Shown here one piece after another: positions 1-10,780 of a stretch of DNA of 64,000 nt. A program made the position numbers and the translations under genes. The notes below the pieces were generated by a model. It was not told the origin of the DNA. It saw only the letters and a program-made list of their open reading frames with translations, and did not search any database. Location: contig JAUYKW010000001.1 in assembly GCA_030698395.1 (NCBI GenBank), positions 93,735 through 157,734 of the forward strand. Reading direction: 5' to 3'. Position 1 is the first letter of the stretch. Each line of letters starts with the position of its first letter. The stretch comes from a bacterium (GTDB lineage Bacteria; Patescibacteriota; Patescibacteriia; UBA9570).

Positions 1-1
1 T

Positions 2-769
2 ATCAGTATCCTTACTTGGTGAAACATTTGTAATAGGTGATGTATTTACGTTTGAATTTATATTCGCATTACTATCTGCATTAACATTCTCGTTAGCGTT
101 TTCATTGTCATTTGCATTAACATTCTCATTATCATTTTCATCATCTGCATTTACATTATCATTTACGTCTGCATTAACATTTTCTTCCATTAATCCTTCA
201 TCAACAACAACATCAACAACTACTACTGGCGTTTCTACTGGTACATCTTCCGGTAAACCTCTTAGTATATAAAATGCCACACCACCAATAATGCCTGCTA
301 CAGCAAGTATTATCACTAATACAATTATTACAGTCATCATTTTGCCTTTTCCTTTCTTGGTCTTGCCACCTTCTTTTGTTGCACCTGCTGTAGGCGCATT
401 CATAAATTTTTGTGGCATAGTATGTACTTCACTCTGTGCTGAACCAACTGATCCTGATTGAACCGGAGGCATAATAGGCCCGGGAGCTGGACCAGACATT
501 GGTACTGGCGAACCAGGCCCAGGAGATAGTGAACTTGCTCCAACCATACCACCTGCTGGTGCCGCAATGGGACCGCCACCTACTTGAGGAGTTGCTCCTG
601 CTGGACCACTAGGCACAGCTGGAGATGGAGTAGGTACTGGCATTGGCGTTGGTGGCGTTGGCGCTACTGGAGTCGCTCCAGGTTGAGCAACCGACATGTT
701 ATCTTGTCCTGGAACAGCTGGTGTTGGTGCTGGCTGTGGGCCAGCTGGTGTTTGGTTTGGAAAGTCCAT
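2..769 (-). CDS. Membrane-anchored protein, partial (runs off the window): Pro/Gly-rich N-terminus, one TM helix, Asn-rich stalk
   Basis: Not in the ORF track because it has no stop in the window. ATG at 769 reads MDFPNQTPAGPQPAP..., TM segment VIIVLVIILAVAGIIGGVAFYIL, NVNAD/NDNEN repeats, ends ...PSKDTD at the edge (possible start of DxDxDG repeats). Confidence 0.85.
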   Translation of the reverse strand, partial: MDFPNQTPAGPQPAPTPAVPGQDNMSVAQPGATPVAPTPPTPMPVPTPSPAVPSGPAGATPQVGGGPIAAPAGGMVGASSLSPGPGSPVPMSGPAPGPIMPPVQSGSVGSAQSEVHTMPQKFMNAPTAGATKEGGKTKKGKGKMMTVIIVLVIILAVAGIIGGVAFYILRGLPEDVPVETPVVVVDVVVDEGLMEENVNADVNDNVNADDENDNENVNANDNENANENVNADSNANINSNVNTSPITNVSPSKDTD

Positions 770-771
770 AT

Positions 772-1437
772 TTATTCAGGTATAAAATCGTCAAATAATC
801 TTTTAGTTGGGTCTGGGTGATTTGGATGATAAAAATTAGCTACTTCTTCTCCGTCTATAAATCCATCACTATCTGTATCTGGATTACGCGGATCCGTGAG
901 ATATACACGAACCTCTTCACGATCGGATAAACCATCCTCATCTGTATCACGTTTCTTCGGATTCGTGTTATGGATCAACTCTTCTTCATCTGATAATCCG
1001 TCGTGATCTGAATCTATGAACTCTGCTGCGCTGCTATCATCTGTTGTAATTTCAGGATCAACAGGTATATCGATTTCAATTACATTCGTATTCTCTAATA
1101 CATCATCCACTATTACTTGGTCAGTTGCGATGTTGTCATTTATTAAAACATTCTCTGACTCTGGTATTGATGGTGTACTTCCTAACCAAATGTAAATAGC
1201 AAAACCGATACCTCCTAATAATAGCAAACCAGCAATGCTTATGGCAATAATGATAATAATGCGGCGCACAACACCTGAGCTTCCTGAGGTACTTTCTTCA
1301 TCACTATAATTCCCTGCAACCGGCTCCGTAATCGCTGCCATAGGAATCCTTGATACCTCGGGTCCAACATTAGCATCAGCTTCAAAACCCTCAAATATAT
1401 CTTCTATCTCTGGATTTGAATTATTCGAAGTTATCAT
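772..1437 (-). CDS. Single-TM protein with bacterial thrombospondin type-3-like Ca-binding repeats
   Basis: TM IIIIIAISIAGLLLLGGIGFAIYIWL; repeats DSDHDGLSDEEE, DTDEDGLSDREE, DTDSDGFIDGEE. Start (1437/1440/1449) overlaps the end of the upstream gene. Confidence 0.85.
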   Translation of the reverse strand: MITSNNSNPEIEDIFEGFEADANVGPEVSRIPMAAITEPVAGNYSDEESTSGSSGVVRRIIIIIAISIAGLLLLGGIGFAIYIWLGSTPSIPESENVLINDNIATDQVIVDDVLENTNVIEIDIPVDPEITTDDSSAAEFIDSDHDGLSDEEELIHNTNPKKRDTDEDGLSDREEVRVYLTDPRNPDTDSDGFIDGEEVANFYHPNHPDPTKRLFDDFIPE

Positions 1438-4400
1438 CATAATCTCCATCTAGCGTTGTATCGGATGCCGTAACAACGTAGTTAAATGTGTCACATCCTT
1501 CATCAGAAAAGTCAGAGATATGATCAGTTACTGGTGTAGATTTATCAGAATATAATCTACATGGATCATAGGCAGATTCTTGCCAAGAACCTGTGCCATC
1601 ATATTCTAAATTACTATACAATTCAAATTCATCAGGATCTGTACTCTCATTATATAAATATGTATACAGATATGATCCTGGCGGTCCATAATAATCCTTC
1701 AAAATTGGATCCCAACAAGTACCATTCTCATCATAGTAAGTCCATTCAGGACTACTTGGATCATCACCTGCATTTAAATCTGGTGCATTATATGGACAGT
1801 TAACCTCAGCATCAGCATATTCATTAATCGGATCTGTAGGAAGTGTTTGTCCAAGAGCATTACCTAGAACAGATGTCCAAGATGACCAAATGGATGTTGT
1901 AAGTCCAGCTATATATGTTCCAGAATTAATTGTTGGGAAGTTTAGTGATCCATCACCATCAGCATCATTATGATAGTAACTAGATAATAAGTATGCCACC
2001 GTACCAAGATCACTAACTCTTTCTGTATCACGCACAATTTTTAATTTTTCTTCCTGACAATTATTAGATAAACCAGTATTTCCATAATTAAATTCAAAAT
2101 GATCTAAAAACAGATTTACAATAGCCTCCGTATCAGTTTCTGCCTCAGAGCTAAAAGTCATTACGATAATATAAGGTTTCAGCGTTCCTGCGTCTTCATC
2201 TAAGTTTGTAGCTGCTATATACATTGTGTTCCCTACTCGAATTGCTCTATAATCATCCACTTTCGTTTCTGATCCTCCACCACTTCCAGTACTGCTACCA
2301 ATCAATTGAAACCATAGATCGGGACCAACCATGTCCTTCATAGTAGTGAAATCATTATCTAGATCGTTTTCATACACCCGAATTGCAATAGTGTTATTGT
2401 TTGCATCAGGATCATAGCTCAGTGCTAGCTCATCCTTTAAAGCAACTTCATATATAAAATCCTGTGGAGAACCATATGCCAAATCAATTGCAACGCTATC
2501 CCGCTCAAATACAGTTGTAAACTTAGGCAAGAAGCTACTCTCTTGTGGGGATTCTCCTCTACAATATGCCCAATACATATGATAATCTTCATTGGAAAAA
2601 GATTCAAAATAATCTTCTTCTGCGCAGAAATATACTGCTACATCTTGATCATCATCAAATAATCCGGACCAACCTTGTTCTACTGAACCATCACCAGTAA
2701 TCATTACTTCTACCGCTGTGATGCCTTCCTCACTATCAGCTGTAACTTTTTGTGTTTGTTTATCTTCTGTAAATCCAGGCACACTCCAGTATTCATTCTC
2801 ATCATTACAAGTAGCATCCAATGAACAAACTGAACTTTCATCCTCATTAAAGTCAATCTCACAACTAGTTTCCTCTGGATCTACTTTACAGCTACCTGCA
2901 AAGAAACAATTACATCTATTTGTATCGGAATCGAATGTAGAATCTAGTACATCACATACTTCACTTGGAGAATCTGTGAAACAAGCAATACCTTCGATAT
3001 TACAAGAATTATCCCCAGCATTCATGAGGCAACCACGCGGAGCTGTACAAGAACAAGTGCTAGTATCTGCATCCCAATTAGAATCAGTTGCATCACAAAC
3101 ACCATTTTCAGAATCAGTTTCACAATCTATATCATCAACCTCACATGAAGGGTCATTCTCATTCATGGTACAAGTATTCTCATACGCACAAGAACATGAA
3201 CCTAAATTTCCGCCAGTTATAATACCTGCAATAGGACAAGATGCATTTTCTAAATCCTGAATACTGTCATATTTCTCATCCCAGGTATAATTCCAGTAAA
3301 ATGATGTTTGGTCTTCACTGCCCTCAATTCTAGTAATAGGTTGATTGTCATCCTCGGTAGTGATATCTCTATCAACTCCAGCTGAATACACAGTTGCACC
3401 GAAAGTTTCTTTTTGCTCTGATTTAGTGAATGTATAATCTGCATCTACAAAACCATCCCTAGTTGCATCTAAATCTACTAATCCTGGACCACAAACATCT
3501 TCAAAGTCAGCTTCTGCTAGTGTGGTGAAAGGTATCTCTAAGTAACCGTCCGTATCACACATTCCTGCAGCTTCATGATCACTGTCGCAACCTACAGCCA
3601 CACCATCATTATAACTAACAATGCCCAATTGGTGATCAGTGCCACTGACCACTGAGTCGTCAGCTCGAATCACAATTGAGTAATCATTCTCGAAGTTTAA
3701 TAACTCTTCTTGTTTTAAAGTAATAATGTTCAATCCAGAGTTTAGTTCAATTTCATCTAAAGTAACATTACTGCCAGTATTCAGATCAATTAAACTAACG
3801 TAATACTCTAAATCCTCAGAAGTAATTTCAACTCCAGGAATTGGTGTATCCGATTCATTATACAAATCTTCAAACACATCACTAGTAGTAACTTTTGTAT
3901 TAAAATTCACTTTTAACTCACCATTAGGGCAAATATTCTCAGCGTTTGGTTGAGGGTTTGTCTTACCACCATCCAAGAATAACTCACAACTAGTATCATC
4001 AACTATTATATTACAAGTTAACTGCGGATAATCCGGATCAGTATACACACAGTATCCAGATTCACTATCATAAACAGTATATTCATTAGAAGTAGCAACG
4101 GTACATGTACGTGAATGATTAGATGGATTAACCCAGCCAGTATCATAATAATCAAGTAAAATCAAAGGCTGACTAGCACATGAACCAGTATCATAATCAT
4201 CATCAGCTGGTATTGTTGAATCATCGTAGACACAACTTGTATTATTACAACAAGAATCTGGTTCAGCCCTACAAAAACCTGTAGTATCAGGCGTGCAAGA
4301 ACCTACTCCAGCCGGCAAGTCTTCATAATCTAAATTACAATTTAGATTATTATCTTCAGATGCACAATCGCTACAAGAACTACAAGTAACAGGAAATTCC

Positions 4401-7400
4401 AAACCATTTCCTACACATTGTCTGCCCCCACTTGTTCTAGCAATTGCTTTTACATCACCGGTTTCAGAATCATCAGGAACGTCTGTTAAATATTGTTCAT
4501 TGGTGTATTGCGCCCAATCAATGCTGGCTTCGATTTCATCTGTATAATCAACGACACCCGATTGTTCTACAAAAGAACTAATAGAAGCACCACAAGTATC
4601 AGCTATTGCATCGCCATCCTCATCAATCTCGCAATCTTCAGTTATAACAAGTTCACAATCTGTATCATCAACAGCGATTGTACAAATACTACAGAAAGTA
4701 TCTCCAACATCTATTGAACAAGTTTTGGTTGCATCGTCTGGATCTTCATAAATACACGCTACCAGACCAGCATCATATGTTGTATAAGCATTAGATGTTG
4801 TAGCGTCACAAACTTCTGTTTCGTCTGCAGGATTCACATATACTGTTGTTGGATTACTTGTATGTACACAATAACCAGCCACAGCATCGTAAATAGTTGT
4901 TGCATTCGAGGTAAGGGTTGTGCAAACTTCTGCTTGATCATTTGGGTTCACGTAATAACTTGTTGTTTCGATAAGGCTACAAGAATCATCTCCTTCATCA
5001 ATCTCGCACTCCCCTAACGAATCAGTATTACATGTACAATATCCATCAGACTCACCAAGAAAATTTTCACCAGATAAAGTAATGTCATAAGTGGCGGTAT
5101 AAGGACTATAAGCAGGATCTGCGTCACACAACACAGGAATATCAACCTCTGAACAGGAATTATCTTTAGAGAAAACCGATCGGAAATCTGGATCGACATT
5201 ATCATCTTGACCATCATTATCTACGTCATATGGAAATTCATCATCACCATCAGCTCTGCCATCACCATCAGCATCATCAACATAAATTGGATCATTACTA
5301 TTTTGCGTATCAGCACCACCATTATAAACCTGTCTAACAACAATTTCAGCTGTTTGAGTACTTGCATCTGCAAAGATACCATCCGGCATGGTAACTATAA
5401 TTTGATTATTATTCCATGAATCTGATTCGCTACAAGCTAATGGTGCTTCAATCCCATCCGCAGTAACCATGCTATACGGATCATATCCGTCACCTGAGCT
5501 ATAATAAGTACCAAAATGACAACCTTGCACAGTTGTTGGTTGACCAACTGCGCCTCTGCCCGGGCTAAGATCTATAACATATGGTGAACACATTCCATCA
5601 ACACAAACAGAGTTACACTCACCATAACTACAATCCGTATCATCCAAGCATTCATTGCATACTTCTGCTGCAACGCATTCAAAATCATTACAACAACCAG
5701 TACTACAATCTAAATTAGCTGAACAACTAACACTAAATCCTAAGGCATTACTAGCCAAAGTATCACTTTCTAGTTGCACACCTTCATTTCCATCGGCTAC
5801 AGCACCCTGAGGAACTTCTGTATCTTCCACAGTATTATCATCTGCCCAAGTACCTTCAATAGAATCGACTCTACTAGTACTACTCTTAAATGTGACCTTT
5901 TCACCACCATCATCAGTTAATAATGTAAAATTCTCTCCATATAAATTTACCGTATCATCCTCTTCTCCAGAAGCTGGATCTACCTGACATAAACATGGAG
6001 TAGCGTCAGAACCGACTTCACAATCCTCATCTCCTTCGCTAGCACTATATATATCGTACAAATATTCTCCATCAATATCATTATAATATCTACTTTTTAA
6101 TGTAATGCCGTATAAATTAGCTGCTAGACTAGTAGGCACCTGCGCTATAACTTGATCAGAATCCCACGTATCATCACAAAATACCTCACTTGGATAATCA
6201 GCTACAGACGTATTGAATAAAACAGAACCAGAATTCGGTTCTTGATAAGTTGGGTATGAATCTATACAAAGATCATCGCCTGTGGCAACACACGTTGTAT
6301 TTCCTTCTTTAACATTACAATCGTTTCCATTGCCATCAGCTGTACAAGTACAATCTTTTAATCCTCCGCCATCGTAAAAATTTGCTGTTGGCGATAAAGC
6401 TGAACAAGCGTCATCTAATGTACATACTTCTTCACCTAAACTGCAAGTTGTACTTCCATTATCCAAAAGACATACATTGCCATTTTCTGAAACATCACAT
6501 GAATAACCTTCTTTCTTTAAACTCTCACATGTACAAGCAGCCTCACCTTCTTGATCAGATCCAAAATAGCAACCATTTAAAGTTATACATCCAGTTGGTC
6601 CAACATCTGGTCCGCTAGCATTGTTTGGCGAGAAGCTAATAATATCTGGCGCACAATGATGAGTTACCAAATCACAATAAGTATCTTGGCATTCATTAGT
6701 GTAACAATCCGAGTCATTAGTACAGTATCCAAAATCTACATCAAATACACCACCATCACTGGCAGCATCACTACCATCATTTGGATCAACTAGGGTTACT
6801 TCCACAAAAGCTTCACCTGCATTATCTGCATCTTCACCCTGCAGGCATACATTGTTAAACCCAGTAGTTGTTGTATCTGTATCACCTTCAGATGGACTAT
6901 CTTCTGGATTATCCAAATCTCCAAATTGGATAATATCTCTATCTGGCACATCTGGTCCAATAGTCCAATTATATGTTCCAGCATCGGCAAGTAACATACA
7001 ATTCTCCGTATACTGCCTTACTCTATAAGAATATGTATCGTCAATAATACCATCACCATCATTATCTACTTCAATATTTTCTGTACATCTATTGGTATCA
7101 TCATAAGAAGTTGCCCGATCGTCCGATGGCGTCATATTTATATAATCAGCTACACAATTTTCTTCATCATTACGAACCTGAAATTTAATAATTTCATCTT
7201 CTAATAAGTTAACCCCATCAGTATTCTTAATAATTGAAGAATCAAGTACCACTTTATAATGATATCCAGCCTCTAACCCATCTGGGAACGGGAAATAAAT
7301 AACCTCGTAAGCATCTAAGTCTCCGTCACCATCAACATCCTCGCTACCATCTAGTACACCACTGCCATCACCACCAAGATATGCATCACTTAAAAATTCA

Positions 7401-10084
7401 ATCTCGTGTCCACCAGCATAGCCTGGATGTACGCATTCACTATCATCAAATGGTAATTTAGTATCACCATCATAACCATAATTACATCGATAAAAATCAA
7501 CACCACCAGGGCCATTACGCCTAATAGTGTCATTATCCATGTCGTTAGTGAATGCAATCGCCAGCGTGGAATTCACACATACGTTATCAAAACCATTAGG
7601 TGGATTAGGCAAATAAATTAAATTTTCACTTGGACTACACTGATAAGAACGAAACATTCTAGGCGGGTTTGAACAAGAAATATCAAAATCCAAACCATTA
7701 CTAATTCCATTGATATTAGCGACCGAAAAATCATAATCATCAAGTTCCGAAACAGGTGTACCATTTGTTGCTACAGATTGACTATCATAAGTAGCATTGT
7801 ATTCATTCCAATATTGAATACTTGCGGTTGGTTCAAAAACTCCATTGCTTGCTTTAAAATAAATTGCACCTCGTTCATCACCAAAGTTTTCACCTATGGC
7901 AATTACATCATCATCTCCGGTATCACTACAAGACGGCTCTAATAAGCATAGGCCAGGGCCTGGCTCTCCATCATCAATAGTAAATCCACGCTGATTACTG
8001 TAACGTTCTTCAGTTGTAATCACCTGGATTAATGTTCGCTCGTCTACTTCAAAATCATCTGGAACTCTAACAATGATACTAGTGTTATCCCAACCATCAT
8101 CACACATTACTTCTGCTTCCACGTCATTAAAGAATACTTGTCCGCGAGAACTAAATTCATCATTAGGGTCATAATCAAGAAAGTTTTTACCCTTTATAGT
8201 TACGTACTGGCCTGCAGGTCCGGATGCTGGGGAAGTCGTACGAATATATGGAGAATCGATAGTAGCCTGATCAAGTGACGTGTCACTTCCGTCATTATTT
8301 TCAACTCTAATTTGACCAGTTTGACTTGCTACTGGCGTGCGCAAAGTAATTATGTTTGCACCGACATTACTTACAAAACATGACATTGTAGGAACGTGAT
8401 CAGTATCAAAACAATTTTGGCTCGCTGCAGAAATATTATTATAAAAATCTACTTCATAAAAAGGATATAAGTAACTGCCAGTAATAAGAACTTTGCCAGT
8501 ATCTGAAGAACCTGTCTCACCAACTACTTCCTCGTCTTCACTATAATAATTATCCTCCTGAGCAATTGAATCAATCTCAGGAACACAATATGGCTCATCA
8601 CCTGTAGTCCATGTCCATTGATAATCAAATCCTACATAATTTTCATGACTGGAGTTACATGTTGCATCTAATGTACATGTAGCATCACCCAAATCACAAT
8701 CAATCGCACCAACAGCTACATTACAAGACTCAACTCCAGACAAGCAAGAACAGAATGCTTGATCAAGGCCAGAACTAGCAGGATCCACAAAATCATCTAT
8801 TGGATGACCCTCCATGTCTAAATCAAAATCTCCACTTAATGGATTACCGCAAGTATCAAATATAGCTCCCTCAAAAGTGTCAGTAGCAGCATCACCACTA
8901 TACAGATTCATTCCATATTCTGTAAATTCACTTAGCGGTTCTTCTGGACCAGTAACTATCGTATCATCAGTTTCTCCACCAATACTAGTCATTCTAATAT
9001 AATCTACATCTAATGAATCTGATGGATCGTCATCTACGCCATCACCATCAAAGTCACCATATTCGTACAACCAAACGTTCTGATCGTCTGGTGATGCTGG
9101 ATCCAAACTTTCCGAAAAAGACGCCTGCAAAGTTGGGTTTAAACATATCTGATCATCACCATCAGACGGATACGGTGTAACACTTACTACATTCACAGTT
9201 GGTGGAACGTCATCTGTTTCAGTACCAGTAGTAAATGTATAAATCCGCTTTGGATCGGAAGATTCTAGATTATAAACCGCCCCGTTATCTGGATCTACAC
9301 CTTTAATAGCAGTTGTTAATATAACCTTATATTTAGTATCTTCATAATAATCTGCAGCTGGATAGAATACAGCAGAGTAACTACTTTCTGAAAAATCAAT
9401 TGAGCCTGCAAGCTGTCCGCCTACACAACTATTAGCTGAACAATCACCAGATAAACATTCTTTCCCCTCAGTACAAACGTCGCCATTGCTCTTACCACCA
9501 TCTGGATTACTAACTGCATCACGCGGTATAGTCACTTTAAACGAATCGGATGTCACGCTAGGTTCATTCAGCGGAAATGAGTAAGTTGTAGCAACTATGT
9601 GACAAAGAGGCACATTCTCCTCTTCATTCCGCGGATTTGTGTGATCTACATAAAAAGGAGAACCATCAGGATAGTTTGGATCAGGACTCGGAGATGTAAT
9701 CACTACTGGGTCCTGAGCATTAGTAAAATCTAACAACAGATTAATAACAAAAGTGGCAATCCCCCACGAAGCCAACACAATTACAAGTCCGATTACTCCA
9801 TTACGTAATATTAATTTTGCATTAGCAACTTTTTCCTCATTACCACCAGATAGCATCCAAGCAAAACCACCCCATAATATTATACCTGTAGCTACTAAAG
9901 CTAATAGACCTAATGTCCAATTTACAATTGAAACGATTAAATCTACTGGACTAGTATTACCGAGTATCAAATTTTCACCAATACTCGTATCCACCTGTGC
10001 ATATACGATACCAGTAACAAAAAAAGAACTCCCAGCAACAACTAAAAATGAAACCAAAATTTTAAAAACAGTTTTTCTCTTCAT
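1421..10084 (-). CDS. Giant (2887 aa) Cys-rich acidic surface protein: N-terminal TrbC/VirB2-like pilin segment, Ig-like (Big_5) and IPT/TIG domains, C-terminal GspG-like pseudopilin segment
   Basis: N-term IILWGGFAWMLSGGNEEKVANAKLILRNGVIGLVIVLASW; IPT-type motifs (SPASGPAGQYVTIKGKNF, SPGRGAVGQPTTVQGCHFG, WDNTSIIVRVP); DxDxDG motifs; C-term RDTERVSDLGTVAYLLSSYYH...FP...LPTDP. Confidence 0.85.
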   Translation of the reverse strand: MKRKTVFKILVSFLVVAGSSFFVTGIVYAQVDTSIGENLILGNTSPVDLIVSIVNWTLGLLALVATGIILWGGFAWMLSGGNEEKVANAKLILRNGVIGLVIVLASWGIATFVINLLLDFTNAQDPVVITSPSPDPNYPDGSPFYVDHTNPRNEEENVPLCHIVATTYSFPLNEPSVTSDSFKVTIPRDAVSNPDGGKSNGDVCTEGKECLSGDCSANSCVGGQLAGSIDFSESSYSAVFYPAADYYEDTKYKVILTTAIKGVDPDNGAVYNLESSDPKRIYTFTTGTETDDVPPTVNVVSVTPYPSDGDDQICLNPTLQASFSESLDPASPDDQNVWLYEYGDFDGDGVDDDPSDSLDVDYIRMTSIGGETDDTIVTGPEEPLSEFTEYGMNLYSGDAATDTFEGAIFDTCGNPLSGDFDLDMEGHPIDDFVDPASSGLDQAFCSCLSGVESCNVAVGAIDCDLGDATCTLDATCNSSHENYVGFDYQWTWTTGDEPYCVPEIDSIAQEDNYYSEDEEVVGETGSSDTGKVLITGSYLYPFYEVDFYNNISAASQNCFDTDHVPTMSCFVSNVGANIITLRTPVASQTGQIRVENNDGSDTSLDQATIDSPYIRTTSPASGPAGQYVTIKGKNFLDYDPNDEFSSRGQVFFNDVEAEVMCDDGWDNTSIIVRVPDDFEVDERTLIQVITTEERYSNQRGFTIDDGEPGPGLCLLEPSCSDTGDDDVIAIGENFGDERGAIYFKASNGVFEPTASIQYWNEYNATYDSQSVATNGTPVSELDDYDFSVANINGISNGLDFDISCSNPPRMFRSYQCSPSENLIYLPNPPNGFDNVCVNSTLAIAFTNDMDNDTIRRNGPGGVDFYRCNYGYDGDTKLPFDDSECVHPGYAGGHEIEFLSDAYLGGDGSGVLDGSEDVDGDGDLDAYEVIYFPFPDGLEAGYHYKVVLDSSIIKNTDGVNLLEDEIIKFQVRNDEENCVADYINMTPSDDRATSYDDTNRCTENIEVDNDGDGIIDDTYSYRVRQYTENCMLLADAGTYNWTIGPDVPDRDIIQFGDLDNPEDSPSEGDTDTTTTGFNNVCLQGEDADNAGEAFVEVTLVDPNDGSDAASDGGVFDVDFGYCTNDSDCYTNECQDTYCDLVTHHCAPDIISFSPNNASGPDVGPTGCITLNGCYFGSDQEGEAACTCESLKKEGYSCDVSENGNVCLLDNGSTTCSLGEEVCTLDDACSALSPTANFYDGGGLKDCTCTADGNGNDCNVKEGNTTCVATGDDLCIDSYPTYQEPNSGSVLFNTSVADYPSEVFCDDTWDSDQVIAQVPTSLAANLYGITLKSRYYNDIDGEYLYDIYSASEGDEDCEVGSDATPCLCQVDPASGEEDDTVNLYGENFTLLTDDGGEKVTFKSSTSRVDSIEGTWADDNTVEDTEVPQGAVADGNEGVQLESDTLASNALGFSVSCSANLDCSTGCCNDFECVAAEVCNECLDDTDCSYGECNSVCVDGMCSPYVIDLSPGRGAVGQPTTVQGCHFGTYYSSGDGYDPYSMVTADGIEAPLACSESDSWNNNQIIVTMPDGIFADASTQTAEIVVRQVYNGGADTQNSNDPIYVDDADGDGRADGDDEFPYDVDNDGQDDNVDPDFRSVFSKDNSCSEVDIPVLCDADPAYSPYTATYDITLSGENFLGESDGYCTCNTDSLGECEIDEGDDSCSLIETTSYYVNPNDQAEVCTTLTSNATTIYDAVAGYCVHTSNPTTVYVNPADETEVCDATTSNAYTTYDAGLVACIYEDPDDATKTCSIDVGDTFCSICTIAVDDTDCELVITEDCEIDEDGDAIADTCGASISSFVEQSGVVDYTDEIEASIDWAQYTNEQYLTDVPDDSETGDVKAIARTSGGRQCVGNGLEFPVTCSSCSDCASEDNNLNCNLDYEDLPAGVGSCTPDTTGFCRAEPDSCCNNTSCVYDDSTIPADDDYDTGSCASQPLILLDYYDTGWVNPSNHSRTCTVATSNEYTVYDSESGYCVYTDPDYPQLTCNIIVDDTSCELFLDGGKTNPQPNAENICPNGELKVNFNTKVTTSDVFEDLYNESDTPIPGVEITSEDLEYYVSLIDLNTGSNVTLDEIELNSGLNIITLKQEELLNFENDYSIVIRADDSVVSGTDHQLGIVSYNDGVAVGCDSDHEAAGMCDTDGYLEIPFTTLAEADFEDVCGPGLVDLDATRDGFVDADYTFTKSEQKETFGATVYSAGVDRDITTEDDNQPITRIEGSEDQTSFYWNYTWDEKYDSIQDLENASCPIAGIITGGNLGSCSCAYENTCTMNENDPSCEVDDIDCETDSENGVCDATDSNWDADTSTCSCTAPRGCLMNAGDNSCNIEGIACFTDSPSEVCDVLDSTFDSDTNRCNCFFAGSCKVDPEETSCEIDFNEDESSVCSLDATCNDENEYWSVPGFTEDKQTQKVTADSEEGITAVEVMITGDGSVEQGWSGLFDDDQDVAVYFCAEEDYFESFSNEDYHMYWAYCRGESPQESSFLPKFTTVFERDSVAIDLAYGSPQDFIYEVALKDELALSYDPDANNNTIAIRVYENDLDNDFTTMKDMVGPDLWFQLIGSSTGSGGGSETKVDDYRAIRVGNTMYIAATNLDEDAGTLKPYIIVMTFSSEAETDTEAIVNLFLDHFEFNYGNTGLSNNCQEEKLKIVRDTERVSDLGTVAYLLSSYYHNDADGDGSLNFPTINSGTYIAGLTTSIWSSWTSVLGNALGQTLPTDPINEYADAEVNCPYNAPDLNAGDDPSSPEWTYYDENGTCWDPILKDYYGPPGSYLYTYLYNESTDPDEFELYSNLEYDGTGSWQESAYDPCRLYSDKSTPVTDHISDFSDEGCDTFNYVVTASDTTLDGDYDDNFE

Positions 10085-10512
10085 TGTAATTCTTCTTTTA
10101 AAATTTTCTGCACCATTTTTCCATCAGCCTTACCTTGTGTTGCTTGCATTACTTTTCCCATTAATGGACCAAATTCTTTATTTTCAGCTGTGGCAACTTC
10201 CTGTTTAACTAGCTCTCGCAATTTTTCTTCTGATAATTGTTCTGGCTGATATTTTCTCAATACTTCAATTTCAGCTTCTTCCTTGTAGGCCAACTCTTCT
10301 CGACCAGCTGACTTATATGTTGCAGCTGAATCTTCACGTTGTTTAATTTGTTTTTTTACAATAGAAAAAGCCCGCCCTTCAGAAAGCGGGCCATTCTCTA
10401 TTTCATCGTTCTTTAAGGCACTTTTTAAGCTTCTCAATGCAGAGACAGCAACTTCGTCCTTTGATTTTAAGGATACGACTAAATCAGTTTGTAATTTCTC
10501 TGCCAGACCCAT
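10081..10512 (-). CDS. yqeY: GatB/YqeY domain protein
   Basis: ALRSLKSALKNDEI...KKQIKQREDSAATYKSAGREELAYKEEAEIEVL...P.QLSEE...GKADGK; conserved position after rpsU. Confidence 0.95.
   Translation of the reverse strand: MGLAEKLQTDLVVSLKSKDEVAVSALRSLKSALKNDEIENGPLSEGRAFSIVKKQIKQREDSAATYKSAGREELAYKEEAEIEVLRKYQPEQLSEEKLRELVKQEVATAENKEFGPLMGKVMQATQGKADGKMVQKILKEELQ
10365..10391 (-). terminator. Intragenic terminator-like hairpin inside yqeY
   Basis: Minus strand GCCCGCTTT-CTGA-AGGGCGGGC followed by TTTTT. Confidence 0.4.
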
Positions 10513-10521
10513 TGATTATGG

Positions 10522-10773
10522 TTAGCTTTTTGTTTTAGATCTACTTCCGCGTTCTTCAAGTTTGCCTATTTTTCGCAGATGTTCTTTTTCTTGCCTCAAT
10601 TCTGCTTGTTTAATTGCACTTCGACGTCTTAGTCGTTTGCTTTTTTTTGGTTGTCGATACTGGTTTTGCTTGGCTAAATTTAATTTGCCACTTGCCTGTA
10701 CCTTCCGAACAAAACGACGAATCATCCCTTCATTGGACTCACCGTCATTTTTATATGTTGTAACAGTAGGAAT
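10522..10773 (-). CDS. rpsU: 30S ribosomal protein bS21, probable ATT start
   Basis: Frame reads (ATT)PTVTTYKNDGESNEGMIRRFVRKVQASG...RRRSAIK, matching the S21 GES..RRF.RKV motif. An in-frame TGA lies three codons upstream of the ATT. Confidence 0.9.
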   Translation of the reverse strand: MPTVTTYKNDGESNEGMIRRFVRKVQASGKLNLAKQNQYRQPKKSKRLRRRSAIKQAELRQEKEHLRKIGKLEERGSRSKTKS

Positions 10774-10780
10774 AGTATTT

